Shown piece after piece: positions 50,110-63,137 of a DNA stretch of 63,137 bases. Below the pieces are notes generated by a model that saw only the letters and a program-made list of their open reading frames with translations, was not told the origin of the DNA and ran no database searches. A program made the position numbers and the translations under genes. The stretch's first letter is position 1. Each line of letters starts with the position of its first letter. Origin of the DNA: Girardia tigrina (taxonomy: Eukaryota); NCBI GenBank assembly GCA_001938485.1, contig MQRK01186684.1:35560-98696 (forward strand). Direction: 5' to 3'.

Positions 50110-50781
50110 ATGAAAAGCGATGAGACCAATTCGCTAAACAAGTGTCCAACTGATAATAATAAAATTCAAAATCGAATGATTCGATATACATTTTGTTCAT
50201 TTGATAATATTTTGGTAAATCAGTCGAGATTGATCTCCCGAAAGATCGCATCACCGGGATACACGCGATACTCGTTCATCATCATCCCTGAGATCCTCAA
50301 TAAATCGATCGATGAGAATCTCGACACTATTTTATCAGACTCAACATACGATAATTTCATTGAAATATCAAAATACATTAATGAATTCGATTCGGATTTG
50401 AGTTCGATTCTCGACAAAATAATCACCACCAAATTCGATGATTTAACGTTGGATAATTCGATTGAGAGGGCGATTTGCATGATCGATTTGAAAGTGAAAT
50501 ATTTACGATTGAAATATTCGGCTAAAGAGATGCCCAAGTCGATTCGCCCCACGATGTTCGAGGAGCGACCCGTACTGAAGATCGAGTCGATCAAACCGGC
50601 GCGATGCTTCCACCATGAGTCCGACACGATCGAAGAGACGCGCCACTGTCTGCTCAGCCTGCTCGACGAGTACGGGTCACTGGAGTTCGTCGTCAACATT
50701 GTCGACACGCTCACGATCCTCGTTGCACGCGCACAGCCAAATCGACGTGCTCCTCCACCAGAAGACCTTACCCGGTGTTAG
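50110..50781 (+). CDS. Hypothetical intronless protein (223 aa)
   Basis: Intact ATG-TAG ORF in very AT-rich DNA. Strong third-position G/C bias in this frame at 50530-50720 supports coding. Confidence 0.65.
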   Translation: MKSDETNSLNKCPTDNNKIQNRMIRYTFCSFDNILVNQSRLISRKIASPGYTRYSFIIIPEILNKSIDENLDTILSDSTYDNFIEISKYINEFDSDLSSILDKIITTKFDDLTLDNSIERAICMIDLKVKYLRLKYSAKEMPKSIRPTMFEERPVLKIESIKPARCFHHESDTIEETRHCLLSLLDEYGSLEFVVNIVDTLTILVARAQPNRRAPPPEDLTRC

Positions 50782-53179
50782 TCGATCCCGGCAGACGACA
50801 AAAATGATATATGGTTATTAATAAGCAATGAGACAAATAATAGTATCCAATAAGATCAGTAATTAAGTATTTATAAATTTAAATCTGGACTAAGTTAAAC
50901 TTATGCATTTTTAATATTCAAACAAAACGCCTTTTCGCGTAACTGGAATATGCCAATATTGTCCAATAATAAAATGTCAATCAACTAGAAGATGCATATG
51001 TTTTAACATTATAAGAAAATAAAGGTTGAAAATCTAGTCTAACTAAATATTATCAATATAAGTGGATTCAAATCTTAACTCAATGAAACACTTAAAAAAT
51101 TAGAAGACAAATGACGATCCAATCTCAAACACTTATGAATTATCGGTCAAAGGATATACAATGGAATATATAAATAGGTTACTAGGTACCCAGAGCAGTC
51201 AAATTAAAAAGACATTTGAGCGTATTTTAGCAGAAAGCATACAGTCAATAAATATTTATTTTTACAGTTTTCATGTGCAATGAATTGAGAATAGTCTAAT
51301 AATGTTCTACTAAAAACAGCCAGCTCACTTATCATTAACTAGTAAATCTAAAAATTAAATTTTTTATATCCATTCGTTATGCAGACAAAACTCTACTTTG
51401 CCAAGAAAGTTTTTAAAATTTAAAAAATTTTAATTATAAAAACACATTAATAATTAATATAAACTACTTATAATTTTTAAGTAGATATATTGTTATTAAT
51501 ATTGTTCGGGAACTCCGAATTTTCCGTTTTTTCCCATTTTGGGATCTTAAAAAGTTTTTTTACGATCGAATTTTTATATAATCATTTATTGTCATCGAGA
51601 ATGACTAAGTGTGCAAAGTTTGAAGAAAATCGACGTGTAAAAAGCATGCAAAAACAGGTTTCTAAATTCCATGGATATATATATATATATATATAGAAAG
51701 TAAGCTAATATAAAGAATTGAAAAAAGCTTGCAAAAAATGCTGCACAGATTAAAATAGTTAGGTAAAAGATAAAGTGGATCTATCTAATTTTGTATATTT
51801 TGTGGACTGGCTGCTTTCTTCATAACTACGCTCATTTATTTTCTTGTAATTACTTTAACAATTTCCATAATTTATAAAATGATTTTTATTCAAAAAATTT
51901 ATTTTTAGTTACTTCTCAAGGTGTTTTATAAGGGAATACCAAGTTAATATGTAATACTAACATTTCAAATTTTAGAGCCCCTCCCACGTGTATCGAAGTC
52001 TCATAAAAATTTGAACCCCCACCGCCACTAAAGTCCACAAAGAATTTTTTTAAAAATTAAGCAGTTTTTTATTTAAATAAAATTCATAATGAAATTTTTC
52101 CTGCACTTTATTCGACTTCATTCCATGGCAATGAGAAATGTATTTTCGAACTTAAATTCAGGATTGGTGCATCTGTTTTCTCTGAGTGGAGTTATCTTGG
52201 TTGTTCAGTAATTACCCTATCAAATAGCTCTTCCTTGGGTTATACTCTTAGGTTTTAAAACAATTTTTCTTCTTCATTTTGCTGTGTTCCTTAAATAGGA
52301 ACAACCGCACAAAATATAATTTATATTCCTCAAAGCATCTATCTTTATCCCTTATAGTAATACTTTGACAATAAGTGTCATAAGTCAATTTCTCTTTTTT
52401 GAAAGTGTGAGTGTTTAGTCCAAATGTTTAAATCGAAACTTTTCATACACTTGCACATAACTCAAATAGGAAATCAAAGGATTGTATTTCAAAAAAATTA
52501 GTGCTAGCAAGAATTGGTCTAGAAATGTTTCGATAATTTTTTCACGAGGTATTGAGCAGCAATTTCAGTCTTGACTTTTTAAAATTTTTAGAGTTTATTG
52601 TATAACTGAAAATCGCTGCTAGTGCCTCGACAGCAGACGCAAAGTCTTTACCTCTAAATCTTCATCGATTGTTTTCCAATTGAAATCAAGATCTGTTCCT
52701 TTAGCTTTATGGGGAAGCACCAAATTCGTAAGGTGCCTCGATAAGAGGACCATACGTTCCTCCATATGTTAAATGCACTCCTGTGAGAAGCATTTGTAGC
52801 AATCACGAGAGTTTCAAAAGAGTATTCGATAAAATAATGTATGGCTACACCAATTACTTTCTAATATCTCGGATTCTCGTTAGGTTCACAATCAGTGACT
52901 GGTTTCGGAAGATTTTCACGACTTTTCAAACTCATGACATTCATCTAGTACAAAAAATCTCGCGAAGTCTCGAACAAGAGATAGCCCTGTTAATATGGTG
53001 TTTTCTATGAATGAACAGCAGCAAACGTAGACTCCGTTTGAGTCACTACATTTCACTAAATTGATAGCATCAATTAATAGCATCAACACACTCACACATT
53101 CAAACAATGTAAAATATTGCTCACAGTTTAGAAATACACTTTTGAAATATTGTTAAAGTTAATAAATTTTTATTTAATC

Positions 53180-54139
53180 TGTCACGACCCTATCGAGCAT
53201 AAACATTTTTAAAAGCTCTTGAGCCCCCAGTGGCTATTAAGGGTCAGCCACAACCCATCGTTGATTTTGATATTTACTTGTATTCATTTACATACTGGGT
53301 CGGACGTCTCTTCTCGCTCGACATTTGCCTGGCAGTGCCGAGTTTGAAGGACCTTCGGGTTCTGATAAAGACGGGATGGGCTATGGGCCACCTAGCTGAG
53401 CGCCGCTAGGGGATGATTTTAAACTATGCTTATTATCCCTACTATGTTCTCATAAAATACAGAGTTAGTAGGTAGTTCTGGGAATCACTTTAAAACCTCA
53501 AGATGTCGACCTCAATATTGAAATATTTTATAGTTTGGTAGCAAGAATATTACTCAAAGATTTTCACCCCATCTTCATGTAACTTCATATCCCTTTATGG
53601 TAAAATAGATTAGTTCTATTTGGATTAATTCCATATCATGCGCTTTCTGAAGCGATTCTCAAGGAGTTACTAAACCGTAAATCGCTCAGTTACTAAGTGA
53701 TAATCCAATTAAATCCTAAACTACATTTACTTATTTCATATCGATAAATTTCTCTTAAACCTTGATTTCCCCAAATTAATTCCCGCTTACCAAATTGGTG
53801 ATTTAAAAATAAAACGATTTCTTTTAAAATACTAATAAAACTGTTTATGAAAATTAAATTCGGAATTTTTCAGTAAAACCAGTTAAATTCGATTATAAAT
53901 AGTAAACGTATAAAGTTAAGTTAAAAGTAAATAAGCGTATAAAAATAAATATAAAGGAATAAATAAACGTCATAAAAAAGGAAACGTTTGTTTAAATTAT
54001 CGGAATTCGACCTTCAACTATAATTGACTATGTGTAGTGAAGCCGTTATGATAAACTTTTAGCACAAGCCTGAATGTACCATGTATTTGAAATTCAGTTG
54101 ATTGTTGAGCAAAGGTTCTTAGCTCGCAGTGGTTACACA
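53180..54139 (+). mobile_element. Solo LTR (TGTCACGACCC family), TSD TAATC
   Basis: TG...CA termini flanked by TAATC. TATAAATA near 53894 and AATAAA near 53943-53962 orient it on +. Confidence 0.85.
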
Positions 54140-54497
54140 TAATCAGTCTATTATGATATTGAGATCAAAAATCATGGATCAAGATCGACTCATTTTCATT
54201 AGCAACCATTCTTTCAGAAAGACAAACTTCAGCCGAAGTTCTGAAATATATATGTTCTCCATTCGAAAATTCTCTTCGACTGATCTTTCTATAGAATTCT
54301 TGACTGACAGGTTAGCAATATTCGCAGAAAAACTGATTTAAACCAAAATAAAACATTTTAATAATGAATCACATTTTTATAAAGCTAATCAAATCAGTTA
54401 AATTAATTAATTTTAATTAAATCATCAAACGTAACTTTAAAAAGGCTCTTTCAATTTTAGAATGCAAAATGTTTTTTGAAAATAAGAATTATACATA

Positions 54498-56850
<2,353 letters not shown>

Positions 56851-56852
56851 TA

Positions 56853-57137
56853 TTTAAATTAAACTGATCTTCATCAACAGTTAATAGAGCACTTCTCACA
56901 ATATCAGTTGGAGACATTCCTTCGTATTCATGCACTTTAGATTTGATTAAATCTTTTGCAATTAATGATTTAATTTTTCCAGGATTTAGCAAGTAAATAT
57001 TTCCATGATTCGTCGAAACCTTAAATGTATACCCAAAAAGTATACCAATATTTACCCATTCCACTACACAACAGTTTATTTTGACACCAGTATTGCTTAT
57101 TCCGGTGAAAATTATATGCCTTTCCATCATAGCATAC
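56853..57137 (-). pseudogene. MULE-like transposase fragment
   Basis: NH...NPGKIKSLIAKDLIKSK...SPTDIVR resembles the post-FLYWCH region of MULE transposases. Weak evidence. Confidence 0.4.
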
Positions 57138-57420
57138 TGTCACGACCCTCTCGAGCACAAACATTTTTGAAAGCTGTTGAGCCCCCAGTGGCTATTAAGG
57201 GTCAGCCACAACCCAACATCTGTTTTAAATTCGCTTGTATACATCTACATAATGGGTCGGACGTCTCTTCTCGCTCGACATCTCCCTGGCAGTGCCGAGT
57301 TTGAAGGACCTACGGGTTCTGATGAAGACGGGATGGGCTATGGGCCACCCACCTAGCAAAGCGTCGCTCGGGGATGATAAAGTTATTATCTTTACTGCAT
57401 CTCTGTTCAATATGTAATAC
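57138..57420 (+). mobile_element. Second TGTCACGACCC-type LTR start (right end unresolved)
   Basis: First ~240 nt closely match 53180-53417. Downstream sequence diverges and no TSD was found. Confidence 0.75.
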
Positions 57421-57979
57421 AGGGAAACTTGTTGCACTGTTATGTATGAATGCGAACTTACTGCACGGTTCTGTATTGTCTATGTCCCGTGAAACTTATG
57501 GCAATGGGTGTTGTATTTTAGTAACTTGTGGCAATGTATATGTCCATCTGTAGTAATACGGCATGGCTGAAAGAAATTATCCAAAGAGTACCAACTTTAT
57601 TGTATCATGAAAAATTATTTTTTGCATGTTAATTCATCAAATATTATCGCAACATTAGAGAGTCGACAGTCAACAGCAGCTTCGCTTAACTCTATTTTAT
57701 TCGTATTATAACTTTATTCATATCGATTTGATTGGTAATAGTCTACTCGTGTTGATATCCTTTGTATTCACAAGATTAATACATATCAGTGTCAACTTAA
57801 TCTAATTGTCTCGACGGACTTCCTCTAATTTAGTTGTAAATCATTTCTTTAAAATTTGCCTTATAAATTTTACTTTATCTGGTTTATTTTCATATCGAAA
57901 TCAAAATAGTACACATTTAACAAATAATAAAACATTCAGAGACATTCGTTGTAAATATTCATTTTCAATCGATCACTTA

Positions 57980-60539
57980 ATCTATAAAATTATTACCGTC
58001 ATTTTTATTATTATGTCATTTTCTTCGAAATTTTTAATAACATCATCCAATTTGACCTCAAAGTGTTTTGGTTTCCGATAAGGTTTTACTAGTATTGGAT
58101 CCCCGTGTGTTTCTATTCTGTGTTTTGTCAATGATGTTTTCCCAATATCCCACTTATCAGCCATGAATACTGATTTATAATTTGCTAGAATCTTNNNNNN
58201 NNNNNNNNNNNNNNNNNNNNNNNNNNNNNNNNNNNNNNNNNNNNNNNNNNNNNNNNNNNATGGGTTGTCTCTAATCACCAATATTTCTCCACCTCGAGGT
58301 ATCTGTCTTTTCAGTTTTATTCCGAATTTATCCAAGAAATCTATACCTGCGATCATTTCGGGGTCTAGTTCTTTAACCACTTAAAATTCTATTATCTTTT
58401 GTGTTCCCTCAATAGCCACATTTAATTGAACGATTCCATAATTGATCAGTTCTGAATCATTTGCGCAATGGATACGTTTTTTCGTTCATCTTATTTTAAT
58501 ATCTTTCATGTTTTTAATTATCTCCGCTTTAATTGCATTTACTCTTGCTCCAGTGTCCAAAAGGCAATGAACTTTTCTATCTTTCACGTAAAAATCCATA
58601 CATGGACGTCCTTTCAGTTCTTTATAATTTATCTTAAACTTTGATATCTTCAATATTTCCGTTTTACCATTTAGTTTCTTATCCTCTTGAGTTGTCATAC
58701 TATTGCACTGTTCTCGATTTACAATATCTTCGCATTCAAGTTCGCACATCTCTTGAGGAATATTTCCATCCGTAAAATCAAACATACAATCACACACACA
58801 TTCATACATACAATCAAACATATANNNNNNNNNNNNNNNNNNNNNNNNNNNNNNNNNNNNNNNNNNNNNNNNNNAAGCACACTGATCACCTCTCCTTGTG
58901 ATCGTGCGTCCTCGTTTCCCTGTTCGTCTCCGGAACTTCTTTTACCTCTAGAATAATCTCTTGCTGTATTCTCTTCTCTTCTATCAGACATTTACGATCT
59001 TCTGTCCATTTCATCATCCCTGTCGTCTAACTCCGTCAAGTGTTGTTTCTTATTCATATATGCCGGTCGTTATCTATATCTCTGATTAGAATAATCTCTC
59101 CTGTCATTCCAACGATTTCTATTATTGTCCCATTTCCGTTGATCACGTTCTTTAAACCTATTTGGGTTTTCATAACATTGTGTTCGTAGATGTCCTCTTC
59201 TTTGACAGTGACTACACTTAACGTTCGGACATTCTCTTCTAACATGACTTTCCTCATGACATGCCCAACAAATTATTTTTCTGACTTTATAGTTTCGACT
59301 TGTACCGTCTCTCTTTACATCGTCGTTCCGTAGTTTTGGTGTTCTTCTTTTATTCTCCACCGTTTTTCAATGGTTTTCTTTCCTTGTGTTATATGCTGCA
59401 ATCGGTGAATTTCTTTTCTTTTTCCCGTATTCATACATCCTCATTTGTATGTTTTCGATTTCCTCTGCCTTTGTTACACCTCGAATNNNNNNNNNNNNNN
59501 NNNNNNNNNNNNNNNNNNNNNNNNNNNNNNNNNNNNTTTTCTTTTTCCCGTATTCATACATCCTCATTTGTATGTTTTCGATTTCCTCTGCCTTTGTTAC
59601 ACCTCGAATCGCTATCTCTTGATCGATGTTATCATCATCAATCATATTAGCATAGGCCAAGTTTGATAGTTCTTTTTTACCCAACTTTTTCTCTACTAAT
59701 TTTTCGATTATCTCATCTGCTTTGCGGAACGCAAGTGACGGGTCACCGCAACCTACTCTTAACTCTATGAGATCTTTCATCAAATCCAAAATTGANNNNN
59801 NNNNNNNNNNNNNNNNNNNNNNNNNNNNNNNNNNNNNNNNNNNNNAAATGCTGCTCGCATTTTCTCTTCGCAAGTACTCCCTGGGGCCTTCTCGTATCTC
59901 AGAATCGCATCTGGAGTCAAGTAGGGTGTTACCAGTAGGATTTTTCTCTCCTCTGATAATCCCAGAATCTTTGAATATCTGTTAAAACTTATCAGGAATT
60001 CTTCTAACTTGTGCTCGGATCCATCGAATGTTTCTGGACCTTTGATGTTCGGAGTCACGTGATGTGAAGTCGCCATGTTAAGAGAACTCACACATTTGAC
60101 AGAACATTTATTACATTCACAATTTTTATCATCTTTATGATGATTAACAGAAATGCTTTAACTTAGATCCATCAATCAATTTTCAATATCTCCCATTATA
60201 ATCTGAACTATACTTGATAAGATTATTTTATTTAAAAATATTTACTTTAAATTTGATTGGCCGAAATAAAATATTTTTATAGTCATTTTTAAACATTAAT
60301 TTGATTTTAATTATTTAAAAATTTACAAAAATAAAATCATTAAAATTATTTAAAAGCTGCAATAATAAAAACTAAAAATTTGAATATTAAATCTAAATTT
60401 AAATAAATTAGTTTCAGATTATAAAAAATTAGATATTGATAATCCATCTGGTTAGGAGAGGCACAATTCCAAATCAACATACAACATTTGAACATGCAAA
60501 AACTACACAAAAATATCCACAAACCAAATATTCCTCACA
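57980..60539 (-). mobile_element. Gypsy LTR retrotransposon 5' half: LTR (60076-60539), PBS, gag with two CCHC knuckles, protease, start of RT; 3'-truncated
   Basis: LTR ends ..TTAACA then TGGCGAC (PBS). PETFDG gag start, CWACHEESHVRREC and CSHCQRRGHLRTQC, LLDTGA protease, KPYRKP. Confidence 0.92.
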
Positions 60540-61289
60540 ATGACTATAAAAACTTAACCGTCGAAAATAAATCAGAGTTATTAAATTCTAAATATCATTA
60601 AAATCTTTGAAATCATTAAAATTCATTTATGCATCAAAACCATGAAACTCGAAAAATTAAAAGTAAACTAATATTTGTTTTATCACATCAATTTTATTTT
60701 GCCGCGGCGCTGAGAAAACAAACTCTAAGATGTTTTCTTAGGAAAATTATATTCTCCGGTATGGACACACTCGCGGTCCCATTTCCTCAAGCAACGACCC
60801 GACACGGTTGTCGTTTATAAATACTGACATGGGTACCGACCTTATGTCGTTAATTATGGGGACCCTCTGGTCTCTTTCACCTTCTGACGATGCGCTCGAC
60901 GGTAATTCAAGCCTTGGCATTATTAAATGAAGGACGGCGACGGTGACGACGACGGTGCTTATTCTTTTTGTAGTAGCTAAAAGGTTAAAACCTATCTATT
61001 AATTATATCTTTATAGAAAACAGATTATCATTTCATATATTTATTAAATCAATATTAAAACCTTTCACAACTAAAATAATTACATGCAATAATCACCCAG
61101 AAATTGTACGGAGGAAGTTGATTCAAATTGATTTACGGGTAATCAGATGTATTCTTCTCTTCTATCGATACGATTGTCGGTTAGTTTGGGTTGGTCTTGT
61201 TTGACGCGAATGTAGCAGTTATTATGTCAAAATCTCGCAATAATGTTCACTTTAGTTTATAAATTATTGTCTGATTTTTTTGTTCGCCT

Positions 61290-61881
61290 ATGGTTGAATG
61301 GTCGCCAGTTATATAGGGTTGAAGAGACACCCTTCCTTCCTGTTTGTACAAATCGACTTATTCCAGGCAAGTGTGTGGAATCTTCCACGACGCTTGTTGG
61401 TCAATCCGGGTAAGTGTGTCTTGATAAAATTTTTGAAATTTTTAAAATTTTTGTTATATTATAGGTTTCTCGTCTGTGTGCCATGACACACTTTCAAATT
61501 CCGAAGTTCACATGCGGCTCGTTACCGATGACTCGGTCAAAATTGTCGGGTGATTGTTGACTCATGGTAAGTTTTTAATTGGGCTTTGTTTTGGTTAATT
61601 AATTTTCTAATTTTTAAAGGGTAATAACTTCTTTGGGGAGTGTATCCGGATCCCATGGATCTCATCCAAGGATCGGCCTCACAAGAACCTATGCGGGGAG
61701 GGTCGGATGACCTCCTAACTCCAGCGAATAATCCTACAGGTAACTTTATTGATTTAGGGCTCACTTTTAATTGATTTTTTCTTTTTTAAGGGTCCTCAAT
61801 TCTTCTCACGGGCCTCTACATAGTCACAATACTGTTCTACGAGGATTAAACGACTTTTAATGCACTGTGTTTATCAATAAA
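61290..61881 (+). other. Candidate spliced transcript with three 51-55 nt introns and no long ORF
   Basis: Introns 61410-61464, 61567-61619 and 61740-61790, all GTAA..-..AG and AT-rich between more GC-rich exons. AATAAA at 61876. Confidence 0.6.
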
Positions 61882-62040
61882 TGTATTTTTCTGGTCAACG
61901 TCTTTCTTCTTTTTTGTGTCGTTGGTTTTAATTGATCTTTGTCAATATTTCTGGTTTTTGCGAGTGTAACTATGTAATTGGATTGTCGACCGCAACAATA
62001 CTTTTTAACGAGTGCCATGAATCATAGCCCATGATGTCTT

Positions 62041-62490
62041 TGTGAGGGATAATTTGGAATGTTGTAAGTTTGTTGTTTGTATGCTGTTTAGATTTGTGAC
62101 TCTCCTACTCAGATGGGATTGATATGTTTATTGATTGATTATTTGAATCTAATGAAATTAATTTAATGATATTAATTTTAAGTACTAATTAATTAAAGTT
62201 TGATAATTATGAATTTTAATAATATTTTCAGTAAATTATTTTAACTTATTAAATGTAATATATTTTAAAAATTAATGTTTATTTAAAAAATTAAGTAATG
62301 ACTTTTATCCAATAAAAATTATGAGAAATTAAAATTTATTATTAAACTTTCCCATTTATTGTTTTTTTAGATTTGAATATATTAACAAAAAACTATATCA
62401 AGCAAAGAAAGATGACCAATGAAAATTGTTGTGAAGAAACTGTTTGTGTTGTCAATAAATGTTTGCATTCAAATTGTGATGCTGTTAATA
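62041..62490 (+). mobile_element. Diverged solo LTR (TGTGAGG family), TSD GTCTT
   Basis: TGTGAGGGAT start, shared ctctcc..cagatgg motif, AATAAA near the end, flanked by GTCTT. Confidence 0.82.
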
Positions 62491-63137
62491 GTCTTATTTC
62501 TTAAAGCGTACAATGTTTAATTGTACCAAGTTGTCTTATTTATCATAGTGCGCTAAGTTTATCTATGCCAACAAATTGTCTCTGAGACATTTATTCACGT
62601 GTATATTGAGCCTTTAATCCATGTAGACACCTGAAGTGTAACTGATTACCCCCATTAACAAGAGAAGACATATCCTCAATAATATTTAAATCAATTCTCA
62701 TCTTTACCATTCCTTATCGTCAAACAATTTAATTTTCATTTAATTATTCGCATACAAAACTTACAAGGTCTAATAATAATAATTATACATTGTATAATTC
62801 ATTATTATTTGGCTTTGTACAATGTACGTATTTCAATGCAAAATACAAAAAAAATCAAAAAACTATTAAATTTTATAATTTATTTATTAAATAAATTATT
62901 TATAAAATTTTTGTCGCGGTACTATGTCATATTTATTGTAGCAAAAAATAACTTACTGCACGATAATAATTTTCATTGTATATTTATAAAAAATGTCACT
63001 AATCTACTTAAAACCTATTGTTACATGTTAAATTTATTTCTTAAATGAAATATTTAACATGAAAAAATATAGATAATTATTTGTTTAAATAATATCTATT
63101 TTGAAAGTATATGTAGTGAAAAATAAATTTTAATAGA

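Noticed and set aside
53378-53392. GGCTATGGGCC resembling the copia half-tRNA-Met PBS
   Set aside because: It lies inside the LTR rather than next to its 3' end, and the match is short.
57319-57326. CTGATGA as a hammerhead ribozyme in the LTR module
   Set aside because: No GAAA box or NUH site in the required positions, and the other copy reads CTGATAA.
59415-59609. Tandem duplication within gag
   Set aside because: Identical sequence on both sides of an N-gap is typical of an unmerged contig overlap.

Overview
Eukaryotic, very AT-rich, transposon-dense genomic DNA with N-gaps. The 43-61 nt introns and the mariner/Tigger/Gypsy/Penelope load suggest a planarian-type flatworm (inference, not proven). 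The one clearly recognisable host gene is a complete 13-exon SMARCC (BAF155/BAF170/Moira, SWI/SNF core subunit) on the + strand, 4384-33850, 1261 aa as reconstructed by hand. It has eight tiny introns and four large TE-filled introns. Two orphan ORFs (44948-45399, 50110-50781) and two unannotated spliced-transcript candidates (1728-2783, 60816-61881) are also present. The rest is nested mobile DNA: Gypsy fragments, six solo LTRs with 5-bp TSDs, mariner/Tc1/rosa/maT, pogo/Tigger, hAT, piggyBac, MULE and a Penelope remnant carrying a hammerhead ribozyme core. The most interesting signals are: (1) a ~240-nt apparently structured RNA module conserved at the start of two otherwise diverged LTRs, with a UUCG/UACG tetraloop swap; (2) a sharp GC3 island (about 89%) limited to the first SMARCC exons; (3) a multi-intron transcript with no long ORF; (4) a hammerhead core lacking stem II. 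All coordinates and counts were made by eye.
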